64,000 bases of DNA from Octopus bimaculoides (taxonomy: Eukaryota): NCBI RefSeq assembly GCF_001194135.2, contig NC_068996.1:50195825-50259824 (forward strand), given 5' to 3'. Numbering within the stretch: the first letter of the stretch is position 1; each line of letters opens with the position of its first letter. Made by a program: the position numbers and the translations under genes. Below the pieces are notes generated by a model. That model was not told the origin of the DNA. It did no database searches and worked only from the letters and a program-made list of their open reading frames with translations. Positions 11,901 through 24,505 of this stretch are shown one piece after another.

Positions 11901-12067
11901 CTATATATACGACGGGCTTTCAGTTTCTTTCTACCAAATCCACTCACAGGGCTTTGGTCGGCCTGAGGCTATAGTAGAAGACACTTGCTCAAGGTGCCAC
12001 GAAGTAGGACTGAACCCGGAACCATGTGGTTGGTAAGCAAGCTACTTACCACACAGCCACTCCTGCA

Positions 12068-12104
<37 letters not shown>

Positions 12105-12256
12105 GACAGGCTTCTTGCAGTTTCTGTCTATCAAATCCACTCACAAGGCTTTAGGTGGTTCGAGGCTATAGTAGAAGACACTTGCCCAAGATCCCATGCA
12201 GTGGGACTGAACCTGGAACCATGTGGTTGATGAGTAAGCTACTTACCACACAACCA
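11665..12256 (-). mobile_element. SINE family A full copy (11665-12069) plus adjacent partial head copy
   Basis: Near-identical to the copies at 14292 and 30150; internal (TA)n. Confidence 0.88.
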
Positions 12257-13272
12257 GAGCCAATGATACCATTGTTAATGGAGGATGTGGTTGTTTGGGT
12301 GGGTGGATTACTGCAGCTATAAGGCTGTCAACCATTTTAAATATCTGGGCCAGATCCAGAAAGAAAAGTTTTATATTTAAAGAGGGAAGACTATCAGAGG
12401 CCTGGTGGCCTCTGATACTTGAAGCGCTGCATGTGACCCTGGGACCTGTGGTTGAGAACTATTGATTTAGACTCCAAGATACTGTAGATGGTTGGTAAAT
12501 TACATCTTTTTGACCAGTGAGCTTTTCAGACATTCAGGGAAGGTGGATTGCTGACAAAATTTTTAGCATCAAATCTCATTGTAGTATTAGGTGAAGCTTA
12601 GGGGGCTTTAATCTACCTGTTTTCTGACAACAGTATACTTTCACCTACTGCATTGCTATGCCCACCCACAATAATTTGTACTCTGGAAGACTCTTGGAGT
12701 AATTTTCATCTTGCCTCTTGCTCACTGTACACTTCTCTTTACCTCCACCTTGGTATCTCTGTCTTTCATCATTGCAATGTTGATGGGGTCATCGTAAAGT
12801 TTTGAACCTGGTAGCAACAGGGAATACCCTGTAGTGGGTGTGTAAATTAAATGACTGTTTTCAGGAACAGTTTGAGTGATTGTTTGGTGATGGTCAGTGG
12901 AGTTCCCACAAATAGTCAAATGCTTTCACCTCTTATTGATTTGCTATTCTTTCTTTCATTCACTAACGAATTACTACCAGTAATTACCAACATGATGTAT
13001 GAATGATATTTTTATGACCCAGTTCAATTGACTGATCCTCCATCTCCTAATAATCACCACCACACTTATTTCATGATGGTAACTTTGTAACCTATAAAAC
13101 CCATTTGCACCAACTATTATAACTTTAAAATGAATGCACCTCCACATGGTTGCTTGAACTGCTAAAAATAGCATCTAATTGACTACATTAACTTCTTTCC
13201 CAAATTGCAGCCTTGTGCCTAAGTTATAAATAAATTTTATATAATTATCTTAATGTAAATTTTTGTTTGTAG

Positions 13273-13457
13273 GTTATAATGCAACCGTTCTTGCCTATGG
13301 CCAAACGGGCAGTGGCAAGACCTATACAATGGGTGGTGCATACATAGATGATATGCCTGAGGAAACTAGAGGAATAATACCAAGAGTTCTTATCGATATT
13401 TTTGCGGAATTCAAAACGAGAGATATGCAGGTCAATGCAGGTGTTTCTTACTTAGAG
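13273..13457 (+). CDS. KIF4: KIF4 exon 2 ([22 protein letters not shown]...VSYLE)
   Basis: P-loop GQTGSGKT; tgtag acceptor; GTAAGG donor. Confidence 0.97.
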
Positions 13458-13701
13458 GTAAGGCGTTTTTTTTTTTCTTTCTTCCTTTCCTTCCCTTCTT
13501 TCTCTTTTTCCCTTTCTTTCTCTTTTCTTCCCTTAATAAATATTACAGTATTCTAATGAGAATTTTCTAATTTTGAAAATATAAATATGTACCTATTTGT
13601 TTCTAAAATTTATTTATAAACCAGGGTAGAATACTTAAAATGAAGTGTTAAATATTGTCTCTATAATGTTTATTCAAATTATAAATATCATATATTTAAA
13701 G

Positions 13702-13785
13702 ATCTATAAAGAAGAAATCCATGATCTACTTTCTGATCAAAAAGACCAGTTATGCATCAGGGAAGATTACAGCGGTGATATAATG
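13702..13785 (+). CDS. KIF4: KIF4 exon 3 (IYKEEIHDLLSDQKDQLCIREDYSGDIM)
   Basis: Not in the ORF track. Supplies the expected IYxEEIxDLL...IRED segment; AAG acceptor, GTAAGT donor, phase 0/0. Confidence 0.92.
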
Positions 13786-13840
13786 GTAAGTTTCTCTGCA
13801 GTTTAAGTTTTATTAGTTACTAGCTTTGGAAACATTCATG

Positions 13841-14051
13841 TAAGTCTTCAGCTTTCAAATTATTCTGTCAAATGTATTGCTATTTATTAACATTATTTTG
13901 AATTGATCATGTTTTATCTTGTAGTTTTGAGAATTCGATGATGTAAATAGTTACTTTTAGAATGACATTGTATGAGAGGCTACACCAGGTAATATAAAAC
14001 AGGTAGAATATTTGGACTGGACATAGCTGGATAAAGATGCTAAAGGGGTAA
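13841..14051 (+). mobile_element. TTAA/CCC (piggyBac-type) MITE family D, degenerate
   Basis: Internal tattctgtcaaatgta...tagaatgacattgta...aaacaggtagaatattt; right end gatgctaaaggggtaa. Confidence 0.75.
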
Positions 14052-14291
14052 TTTTGTTTCTGACATTTTTTCTTTTTCTCAAATACCTGTCAGGTATTGC
14101 TAGAGTTATATAATGAGGTAAAGTAAAATAGGGATGCAAAAAATACTTTACCCCTTTTAGGAAGGTATTTGAAAACAATAGCTGCTGATACTGGTAATAT
14201 TAAGGTAGGAATCTTGGAGAGAAAGGTAAAGGAAATGAATTTCTCAAAGTGGAGTTCATTTTATTGTATGTGTAAGTATCTATCTATCTAT

Positions 14292-14699
14292 CTCTTTTAC
14301 TTGTTTTCAGTCATTTGACTGTGGCCATGCTGGAGCACCACCTTTTAGTCGAGCTAATCGACCCCAGGACTTATTCTTTGTAAGCCTAGTACTTATTCTA
14401 TTGGTCTCTTTTGCCGAACCACTAAGTTACGGGGACGTAAACACACCAGCATCGGTTGTCAAGCGATGTTGGGGCAGGGGGACAAACACAGACACACAAA
14501 CATATACACACACATACACATATATATACATATATACGACAGGCTTCTTTCAGTTTCCGTCTACCAAATCCACTCACAAGGCTTTGGTCGGCCCAAGGCT
14601 ATAGTAGAAGACAATTGCCCAAGGTGCCATGCAGTGGGACTGAACCCGGAACCATGCAGTTGATAAGCAAGCTACTTACCACACAGCCACTCCTGCGCC
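14292..14699 (-). mobile_element. SINE family A, young full-length copy
   Basis: Complete head, microsatellite and tail. Confidence 0.9.
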
Positions 14700-16349
14700 T
14701 ATCTATCTATCTATATATATATATACATACACACACACACACACAGGTAGGTAGGTGCAGGTGTTACTGTGAGGTAGGACGTTTTCTTTTCAATCACATG
14801 ATTCTGGGTTCAGTCCCATTGTGCCATCTTCACCAAGCGTCTTCTACCTGAAGCATTGGGAGTAAATTTGGTAAAGAGAAATTGAAAGGTGCCTGTTGTG
14901 TATACATGTGTGTGTTCGTGTCACTGTACCTTGACATAACGTAATAGTTGTAAATGAGTGTCACTGTTATACAAGCAGTGTCATTCATTTCCAATATTTT
15001 GGCAGAACGTCTGGTTATGAGGAAATACTACTTTACTTGAAACCGATAAGGTTGGCACCAGAAAGAATCTGGCCATGGAAAGTTTACCTCAATAATAAAC
15101 TCTATTCAACCCATGCAAGCATAAAAAAGTGAATGTTAAAACGATGATGTAGCAGATTATGAGATGTAGGGTTTTATATATCTACACACACATGCTTGTG
15201 CCACAAAAAAAAAAAGCACTAAATCCACTCTGTTCAGTGGTTGGTGTTAGGAAGCTGTAAAAATTCTGCCAAAACAGTCACAGAAGTCTGTTGCATGGCC
15301 GGCTCTTGTGAAACTGTCCTACCCATGCTAGCATGGAAGGCAGGCGTTTGATGATGGTGCTGGTGGTGGTGGCGGCTGCTGCCACCACAAGAAGATATTA
15401 CCTTGTTTGGAAATGGATTTCTTATGAGTGGGTCCCCTTCCTATTGCCAACCCTCACATACCTCAATAAATAGTGTCTGACCCATTCAGGACTGGAAAAA
15501 TAAATGAAAGTGGTGATATATATTGTTGTAAATGGAAAAAATTATATTCAGATAATTTCTCATTTGTATGATGCGAATTAGAACACTGCTCTCTGGTTTT
15601 GCAAGGGAAGACGAAAAAAAAGACAGTTCTTTGTGGTCACATGACTGTTTAAAATTTAGACGGTATGATTTTGGTGTGCTTTTATGGTGTGGGCAAAGTA
15701 TAAAGACTAGTAATGCCCACGTGGCGAGTTCATGCTGGAAGATGATGTGTGATGCGATGAAAGTTGACGTGAGTGGTTTTTTTATTTTATGTGGTAGATG
15801 GTGCCATGCAGTCAATGTGTGAGATGGTGCCGGGCAAAATTCGTGTGGCACAGTTAACAGTATTTGGTGTTGAGTGTGAAGTTGGTTTCAGTGGTTGATG
15901 TTAACGGTGGAAGGTTTTGAACTGGCTGTGAAAATAGTGAACTTGGCAACGTAAAGAAGGTGGAACGGTACTGGGAATTTGAAAGTAACTAGAGTCCAGT
16001 CAGAAAAAAAAAAGAAGATAGAAAATAAATCATTAGACTGGTGAATTAAAGAAGAGCTCACCATAAGAAGTCTAACCATTTCAGAGGTAAAAACTCTCTG
16101 AAGAATTCTTTATTTATTCCATAAATGGTATTGGCCTCTAAATTAAAGTTGTTGTATTTTGGTTATTCTTAATGGTTTTGTTTGTTATTCTCAACTTTTC
16201 TGACTTCTTTGACTACTGCTCCTTCTGCTCTGAGCAAGTTGGTTTGCTGAGCTTGCCTATGCGGTCTTCTGAGTTACCAGACAAAGAGTGTTGTGTTGTA
16301 GATGGTTTCGGGATCACTTGCAGCATAACGAAACATATATATAAGGGCA

Positions 16350-16580
16350 ACGAGCTGGCAGAATCATTAGCACACCAGGCAAAATGCTTAGCAGAATATT
16401 TCGTCTGCTGCTACATTCTGAGTTCAAATTCCACCAAGATTGACTTTGCCTGTCATCCTCCCAGGGTCAATTAAATAAGTACCAGTTATGCACTGGGACC
16501 AATGTAATCGACTTAATCCCATTGTCTCTCCTTGTTTGTCCCCTCTATGTTCAGCCCTTTGTGGGCAATAAAGAATTGTA
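16350..16580 (+). mobile_element. SINE family B, full copy
   Basis: gagctggcagaatc...ttctgagttcaaattcc...ttgtttgtcccctct...gggcaataaagaa. Confidence 0.85.
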
Positions 16581-16598
16581 TATATGTGTGTGTGTGTG

Positions 16599-16648
<50 letters not shown>

Positions 16649-16679
16649 ATCCTATATCTCACAATCTGTTACACTCTCC

Positions 16680-16901
16680 CTAATCCTTTACCATTCAGCT
16701 TATTCTGTCAAATGTAATGCTTATTTATTTGCATTGTTTAGAATTAATCATGCATTATCTTGTAGCTTTGAGATTTCAATGGTGTATATTTTTAGAATGA
16801 TATTGTATGGTAGGTGTGAGAGGCCAGATCTAGCTGGTTTGAACATAAAACAGGTAGAATATTTGGGCTAGAAACGGTCAGTTTAAATGCTAAAGTGTTA
16901 A
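16680..16901 (+). mobile_element. MITE family D
   Basis: Same internal sequence; right end aatgctaaagtgttaa. Confidence 0.8.
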
Positions 16902-17519
16902 GTAACACATACTTCAAACCTTGTCCCTGAAGGAATGAAATAGAAAGTGTAAAGAAAAAGGGACAGTTTTCCGGCTGATGAGAACCGTGTTTGGTCTATG
17001 TGCAGTATTGCTGACCAACAATGTAAACTGATGTTGACCAGTGTATGCCAGCTGGTTTCAGTGTTGAACGAGAGAGCATATGTAGTCAGTCCACCTGCTT
17101 GAAACAACAGCCAAATCTTCCACCACCTTACATAGAAGGATATATTGAACAAGGTAATTCCTGATATCCTAAAAGATGACCATGAGTGGAACTTCTCCAG
17201 TCTGCTTAATTAGGATTGAGCTAAAGAACAACAACAACAACCAAGTTTACTTTGAGCCAATGGTGGGGTGCTTATCTCTGCATGTTGGTTTGATTTGCTA
17301 GAAATTGCTGCCAAATATCCTTCAAGTCAGACAAGGCCACAATTTGGGGAAGAAGTTAAACGTAGTCAATTAATGCTATTTTAGCAGGTTACTCTTACTT
17401 ATTTTGAATTATAACACTCGATGCAAATAGATTTATAGGTTCATCTTTACACACTATTAACCTTTTTGATTCCAATCTGCATGTGACTGCTCTTGGCTTT
17501 ATGATACAAATTCACTGTT

Positions 17520-17748
17520 TTAACCCTTTCATTACTGTATTTATTCTGAGATGTTCTGTGTTTCTTTCAATTACTTCAAATATAACAAAGAATTTAGTAA
17601 AACAACTTAGTTATCTTTAAACTAGTGTTAGGATCATAAACTGTGACTAAGGTTTGGTGGAAGATTTTAATTCAAAACATTTGAAAACAAGACATTTGTA
17701 CTACAGAGCCAGAGGTGATTTCAGCCAGGTTGGTAACAAAAGGATTAA
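17520..17748 (-). mobile_element. TTAA MITE family E, monomer
   Basis: ttaaccctttc...aaaggattaa termini; reverse complement of the 25308 copy. Confidence 0.85.
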
Positions 17749-18435
17749 AGTAATCTAAATTAAAACCGTCCTTTAAAATTTCCATTCTCTAACATAATAA
17801 TGACAAAGTTATTTTACTAAATTCATAATTATCTTTGAAATTAATTGAAATAAACACAGTGTATTGACACAGAACAATGGTAACAAAAGGGTTAAATACA
17901 CAACATTGAAATAGGTGTGGTGGTTATTGTTAAGACATGGAAGTGCATGGCTCTCAAAGAGATAGGCTAGTCATGACTAAGATCACATGGGGTTAAATAA
18001 CAAGCAATGGATGTTTATGTAATTCATATGTGGCTGTGTGGTAGGAAATTTGCTTCCCAACCGCATGCTTCCAGGTTTTGTCTCACTGACCAAAACCTTA
18101 TGAGTAGAAGGAAACTAAACAAAGTTCATAGTGTGTAAGTGTGTGTGTGTGTGAATGTATGTAGTTATGTTTGTGTCTCCTTCTCTTGACATCATATAAT
18201 AGTTGTCAAATGGTTGCCACTGTGTCATTCATCTTCAAGGTTTCTGTGAAAACATGTCTGGTCATGATGGTGGTGGGGTTAGGGTTACCTCTTGCTTGGA
18301 AACAGGTGAGGGTTGGCAACAGTTAAGGCATCCAGCCATAGAAAATCTGCTTCATTAAACTCTGCCTGACCCATGCACATATGGAAAAGTGGATGCTAAA
18401 ATGATAATAATAATATAAATTTCTGAATATTTCAG

Positions 18436-18602
18436 ATTCCTGGTCTAACAGAGGTGTCTGTTTCTGATTTTCCATCTACAATGGCTTGTCTGACGAAGGG
18501 ATCAACAGTGCGTTCAACTGGTTCAACAGCCATGAATACTCAGTCAAGTCGATCGCATGCTATCTTTACTGTTACATTCACTATCACTTCAAAGACAGAC
18601 AC
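18436..18602 (+). CDS. KIF4: KIF4 exon 4 (IPGLTEV...TAMNTQSSRSHAIFT...)
   Basis: Switch I NxxSSRSH; tttcag acceptor; GTGAGT donor, phase 2. Confidence 0.97.
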
Positions 18603-18783
18603 GTGAGTTTTGTTTAGTTTCATTTGGTTTTTCCCTTGTATGTTTGCCAAATGTAGATGTTAAAGTTTATTGAATTGATTCCCATGTGCAAGTGTGTGTG
18701 TGTGTGTTTTTGTGTATGTAAAGAGGCTAAGTGTGTGAGTGTATGTAAACAGAATGTGTGTGCTGGCAAGGAGATTGTAATGG

Positions 18784-19537
18784 TAAGATGAAGGTGATAA
18801 CAAGAATGAAGAACTAATGGGAGAGGCACTGGCGCCCGCTGACCGATAACCCCTCACAAACATTGTTCAATACAAATCATTAATTACAAATCGTATAACC
18901 AAAATATGAAACAGTTAATCTTCCTCCGGGTGTCCCAGCTCCCGCAGAGAAAAAGAAGGAAGTGTGCCACCAAAGAGGGAGACTCTGTCAGCGGGAATTG
19001 TGCTGCTGACAGAATAGTTTGAGGTCCCTCCCTGTGAGGAGTAGATGTATGTCCTTCTGTACCTCGAGGGAGAGACCATAGACAGTTTTCTGGACTACGA
19101 GTGCAGCCAGGAAAGGAATTACTCTGCCTGCACAAGCAGTTCAGCGTGGCCTCCACAGGTGGCTGCGGAGATCATAAAAGATAGTACCTTGTCAAAGGTC
19201 ATAAACGCCTTTGACAAGGAAGATTTTATCTTCCTCACCGTGGACTCCGACCTGTCAATGCAGAGATGTCTGCAGGCAGCAAGGTATTGGGGTCTGCGAT
19301 GAGGAAGATTAACTGTTTTATATTTTGGTCATACGATTTGTAATTAATAATTTGTATTGAACAATGTTTACGAGGGGTTATCGGTCGGTGGGCGCTGGTG
19401 CCTCTCCCAATATTTCTTCATTCTTGTTATCACCTTCATCTCATTAATGTCTGCGTCCAGCCTGCAGCTTCTTTATGTTTGTCTGTCCTTGTTTGTCCCC
19501 TCTTTGTAACACCTTTAATGGCAAATTTCATGAAATA
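18784..19537 (+). mobile_element. 5'-truncated LINE fragment with 16-bp TSD and a 140-bp inverted duplication
   Basis: aaggagattgtaatgg at 18768-18783 and 19538-19553; inverted arms about 18788-18927 and 19301-19440; decayed CP.C..GETID.FL..EC knuckle-like coding remnant. Confidence 0.75.
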
Positions 19538-19854
19538 AAGGAGATTGTAATGGGATTAGATGTGCTTTTGTGTAAGGATCTATATGTTTGTGTGTAAAGA
19601 AATTCAATGTGTGTGTGTGTAAGAAAGAGCATTTGACCTCAGAAAATCCATCTCGACAAGTTCCATTCAAAAGGGTGAAATTTATGAGCATTTAAGGAAA
19701 CCGGCTTGCATGTTTGTGGTGTAGGGAGACATGAAGGGGTGTGTTTGGTTAAGTGGGGTACACTTCTGAGTTTAAGTTTTAAGTAATATTTTCTTCAACA
19801 TTTTAGTTATGTAATTATTTTTATTTTCATATAATTTTTCCTGATCAATTTAAG

Positions 19855-19949
19855 TGTTGATGTTCGGAAAGCTAAATTTCACTTGGTGGACTTAGCTGGT
19901 TCTGAAAGAATAAAGAAGACATTGGCAGAAGGAGATCGTCTCAAAGAAG
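19855..19949 (+). CDS. KIF4: KIF4 exon 5 ([31 protein letters not shown])
   Basis: Switch II DLAGSE; AAG acceptor fits phase 2; GTAATC donor. Confidence 0.95.
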
Positions 19950-20216
19950 GTAATCTGATGTTTTGGTTTCTTTCCTTCTCATATTTTCATTTTAGGTCAG
20001 AGTTTTCCATATTGGCATATTTTGTGAGGTGTTTTTATTTGCTAGAATTTTATTTTGGTACCTACTCACCTCAGGTCACTCATGACTCTATAATACAAGC
20101 GCTTTGTTTGAAAGTGATCTAAATTAAATCGTCCAACAAAATTTTATATTAAATTATGTCCTAGGCACCAGCTTCATAATGACGAAGTTAGGCGATGACT
20201 GAAAGAGTACATCATC

Positions 20217-20470
20217 ATCATCATCGTTTAACGTCCGCTTTCCACGCTAGCATGGGTTGGATGATTTGACTGAGGACTGGTGAACCAGATGGCTACACCA
20301 GGCTCCAATCTGATTTGGCAGAGTTTCTACAGCTGGATGCCCTTCCTAACGCCAACCACTCAGAGAGTGTAGTGGGTGCTTTTACGTGCCACCGGCACAA
20401 GGGCCAGTCAAGCGGTACTGGCGATAGCCACGCTCAAAATGGTGTATTTTACGTGCCACCTGCACAGGAG
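20217..20470 (-). mobile_element. RTE 3' tail copy
   Basis: catcatcgtttaacgtccgc...ggatgcccttcctaacgcc. Confidence 0.85.
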
Positions 20471-20514
20471 CCAGTCCATCGGCACTGCAATTGCAAATAA
20501 ATGTGACTGAAATT

Positions 20515-20850
20515 GGGTTTTGCTGAAGAGTCTCTGGATATCAGGGAGTCTCTCCAGGTTGAATTGCTCCCTCTCTGCATTGAGAAGTCACAGCTCCAGT
20601 GCTACAGACGTGTGATTAGAATGTTGCATGAAAGTATTGCAAGACAGATTCTTCAAGCCAAGCCAACAGGTAGGAGACCAAGGGGTAGATCAAGAACAAG
20701 ATGGTTGAATAATATCCATAGCTTCAGTTGGTCAAAGTTGGGAATCTTGCAAGGAGGCCTAATCCCAGTTGCTTCTGGCAGAACCCTATGGAGGTGGTGC
20801 CTGAGGACTCCATCTCCACAACCCTCCCAGGAATAGTGGGTGGGGATGAT
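20515..20850 (+). mobile_element. RTE (Rex3/Expander-like) 3' fragment
   Basis: CIEKSQL...GRRPRGRSRTRWLNNIHSFSWSKLGI matches the C-terminus of RTE ORFs. Confidence 0.65.
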
Positions 20851-21091
20851 GGCTGGATGGACAATGGTAATATATTTCAACAAAAATATAATAACAAAAG
20901 GGTTAAAGTGACAGTGTGACTCAATCATGCGTAAAGCTGACTAATAATGTCCCAGGAAAGGTGAGTAAAATATAGTGTTAGGTATTTTTTCCCCTTATGT
21001 TGAAAATCATGAATATTTCTTACTCGAGTTTTATTTCTCTTTAATTTCATTATATGTTTCTATTTCCTTTTTACTTTTTAATATTTTGTAG

Positions 21092-21211
21092 GGATCAATA
21101 TCAATAAAGGCCTTCTCTCTCTTGGAAATGTCATCAGCGCCCTTAGTCTTGAAGGGGGTAAACGAGGTCATGTACCTTATAGGGATTCCAAATTGACTCG
21201 AATATTGCAAG
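21092..21211 (+). CDS. KIF4: KIF4 exon 6 ([18 protein letters not shown]...[14 protein letters not shown])
   Basis: Alpha4/L12 motifs; canonical splice sites, phase 1/1. Confidence 0.97.
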
Positions 21212-21228
21212 GTAATAACAAGATTTTA

Positions 21229-21456
21229 TTAACCCTTTAGCTTTCAGATTACTTCATTAAATCTAATGCTTATTTATTTATTCACATCGTTTTGAATTAA
21301 TCATACATTATCTTGTAGCTTGGAGGTTTTGGTGATGTGATTGTTAAATTTTAGAATGACATTGTGCAGGATGTGTGCAAGGCCAGATCTGGTCAGTTTG
21401 AACATAAAACAGAATATATGGGTTGGATATGGCCAATTTAAATGCTGATAGGTTAA
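21229..21456 (+). mobile_element. MITE family D
   Basis: TTAA-ccctttagc...gctgatagg-TTAA termini, about 228 bp. Confidence 0.88.
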
Positions 21457-22122
21457 TTGTAATCTTCAGTGCTATGTTTATTGCTTTCTTGTTATTAAAA
21501 TTTGATGATTCTTGTGATGTGCAGCTGAATTTCTTTTCTTAATTGGGAAGATTTCTAATATCTACTTAATCTTCTATTGGTGGCCACATTCCATTACTAT
21601 ATTCATTATGGGTGATATTTATCGAAATACAAATTACTGTCATATTACCAACAACATCGTCTGTTTCATGCTTGTAAATGTTGGACTGTTGAGGTCAAAT
21701 GAACTTGAAACATATTTTGCTGGAGAAAATACTTGATATGATCAGGAATTCGGATTTAAGTAGGATGTTTTTAGTACTAATGATGCTGTACTTCAGAATC
21801 TAAATATGGTTTTGATGAAATTTGTATTTATTGACAATCCATGTTATTTGCCTATTTATGGCTGCCAACATTAAACCAGATTTATCTTTTTACAGCAGTT
21901 TTGTGTGCAGTCTTCTAGAAGTACGTCTAACAAAAAAGTGCACTTCCATTCCTGCTCATTAGTTAATGATTTCATAAATATGATTAAGGTGTTTATAGAA
22001 GAGTCTGTTGCTCTTATATCAAAATTTTACTTTTTGTTTTTTAAATTAAAAAAAATATTTTGTTTTTTATTGATTTTTAAAAAAAGTGTTTTTCATTCTT
22101 TAAAATTTAATACTTGAATTAG

Positions 22123-22345
22123 ATTCTCTTGGAGGAAATAGTTACACCTTGATGATTGCATGTATCAGTCCCGCTGATGTGAATTTGGAAGAATCAGTGA
22201 ATACGTTGAGATATGCTGAGCGTGCAAGTCACATTAAGAACAAACCTTTGATTAACCGAGACAAACGAGCAGCTGAAATTCAGGAGCTGAAACAGTGTGT
22301 GGAAACCCTGAAAGCAGAGCTGATTAGAGTCACCGGCAGTGGAGG
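22123..22345 (+). CDS. KIF4: KIF4 exon 7 (DSLGGNS...[19 protein letters not shown]...; end of motor and neck)
   Basis: Conserved [20 protein letters not shown], neck linker. Confidence 0.96.
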
Positions 22346-22879
22346 GTAAACCAGTTTATATATATACATATATATAATATGCCTAATGATTTCATTAACT
22401 TATTAACCCTTTTGATACCAACCCAACTGAGACCACCCCAACTGGTTCTATGAAAGAAACCTAAAATAAAACCATCCATTGAAATCTCATATTAAATTTT
22501 GTTTTAAATACCAGCTTAACCCTTTAGCATTTAAAGTGGCCATATCTGGCCCAAATATTTTAGAAATGGAAGCTAAATCTCCTTCAAATCACACCTGTCA
22601 TTTTTTTTAAAGATAAACAGTAAGGGTTAGGGATGGTGATGGGCAGAATCTCTTAGAATGGACTCGGTTCAATGGCTGAAACAAGTAAAAGATAAAAGAT
22701 AAGAAATGTGGTTGAAAACTCCATACTTTCCTCTTAAAAAAACATTTGATACATCTTACATAACAGTAAATGCAATGTTAAGCCTTTCGATGTGTGAGAC
22801 TATAATTTCCTATTCCTGCCATACTTATAAATCAATTTAAAGATAATCGGAAATTTTTTTAATATTTCATATTTTTCAG

Positions 22880-22928
22880 CGATCATGAAGACTATCAATC
22901 AATTGTGGAGAAACTAGAACTGAAAGCG
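22880..22928 (+). CDS. KIF4: KIF4 exon 8 (DHEDYQSIVEKLELKA)
   Basis: tttttcag acceptor, GTTTGT donor; bridges phase 2 to phase 0. Confidence 0.75.
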
Positions 22929-23177
22929 GTTTGTAATTTACAATGTATATATTTTATATAATTGTAGTAATGAAATGAGATGCAATTTTGGTTATTAATG
23001 CAAGCATTATGCTCTCTGTGGGCAAAACATAAGCTAAAGCTTTGTCTCTAATTTAAGAAAATGCATGTCTTTGCCTCTTAGAATATGAGTTCTTTTGTAG
23101 AAATCCATCCATCCATCATCATCATCTACTTGTGTTCCAAGCTGGCATTAAGTCCCAGAGTACTTAAATTTCTGAAT

Positions 23178-24505
23178 CATCATCATCATCATCGTTTAAC
23201 GTCCACTTTCCATGCTAGCATGGGTTGGACGATTTGACTGAGGACTGGTGAAACCAGATGGCTACACCAGCCTCCAGTCTGATTTGGCAGAGTTTCTACA
23301 GCTGGATGCCCTTCCTAACGCCAACCACTCAGAGAGTGTAGTGGGTGCTTTTACGTGTCACCAGCACGAAGGCCAGTCAGGCGGTACTGGCAATGGCCAC
23401 GCTCAAAATGGTGTATTGTATGTGCCACCCGCACAAGAGCCAGTCCAGGGGCACTGGCAACGATCTCGCTCGAAAATCCCACGAAGGCCAGCCAGNNNNN
23501 NNNNNNNNNNNNNNNNNNNNNNNNNNNNNNNNNNNNNNNNNNNNNNNNNNNNNNNNNNNNNNNNNNNNNNNNNNNNNNNNNNNNNNNNNNNNNNNNNNNN
23601 NNNNNNNNNNNNNNNNNNNNNNNNNNNNNNNNNNNNNNNNNNNNNNNNNNNNNNNNNNNNNNNNNNNNNNNNNNNNNNNNNNNNNNNNNNNNNNNNNNNN
23701 NNNNNNNNNNNNNNNNNNNNNNNNNNNNNNNNNNNNNNNNNNNNNNNNNNNNNNNNNNNNNNNNNNNNNNNNNNNNNNNNNNNNNNNNNNNNNNNNNNNN
23801 NNNNNNNNNNNNNNNNNNNNNNNNNNNNNNNNNNNNNNNNNNNNNNNNNNNNNNNNNNNNNNNNNNNNNNNNNNNNNNNNNNNNNNNNNNNNNNNNNNNN
23901 NNNNNNNNNNNNNNNNNNNNNNNNNNNNNNNNNNNNNNNNNNNNNNNNNNNNNNNNNNNNNNNNNNNNNNNNNNNNNNNNNNNNNNNNNNNNNNNNNNNN
24001 NNNNNNNNNNNNNNNNNNNNNNNNNNNNNNNNNNNNNNNNNNNNNNNNNNNNNNNNNNNNNNNNNNNNNNNNNNNNNNNNNNNNNNNNNNNNNNNNNNNN
24101 NNNNNNNNNNNNNNNNNNNNNNNNNNNNNNNNNNNNNNNNNNNNNNNNNNNNNNNNNNNNNNNNNNNNNNNNNNNNNNNNNNNNNNNNNNNNNNNNNNNN
24201 NNNNNNNNNNNNNNNNNNNNNNNNNNNNNNNNNNNNNNNNNNNNNNNNNNNNNNNNNNNNNNNNNNNNNNNNNNNNNNNNNNNNNNNNNNNNNNNNNNNN
24301 NNNNNNNNNNNNNNNNNNNNNNNNNNNNNNNNNNNNNNNNNNNNNNNNNNNNNNNNNNNNNNNNNNNNNNNNNCTTACACTCTGACGGGTATTCACATTG
24401 ACATTACACATCCAACGGAGCATACTGGCTTCATTCCTTGCGAGCTTACGTATGTCCTCAGCAGTTACAGCCCATGTTTCACTGCCATGTAGCATGGTTG
24501 TTCGT
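23178..24505 (-). mobile_element. RTE LINE 3' copy spanning a gap
   Basis: Tail at 23178-23495; ORF2 HGSETWAVTAEDIRKLARNEASML at 24374-24495. Confidence 0.82.

Noticed and set aside
16975-17010. CTGATGAG hammerhead-like start (also CTGATGAA near 26834)
   Set aside because: No GAAA follows a stem II, so the core is incomplete.
18490-18500. CTGACGAAGG inside exon 4
   Set aside because: It is coding sequence (C-L-T-K-G) with no downstream GAAA core; a chance match.
19045-19302. 85-aa ORF as a nested host gene
   Set aside because: It lies within a TSD-flanked retro-insertion and resembles a frameshifted LINE C-terminus.
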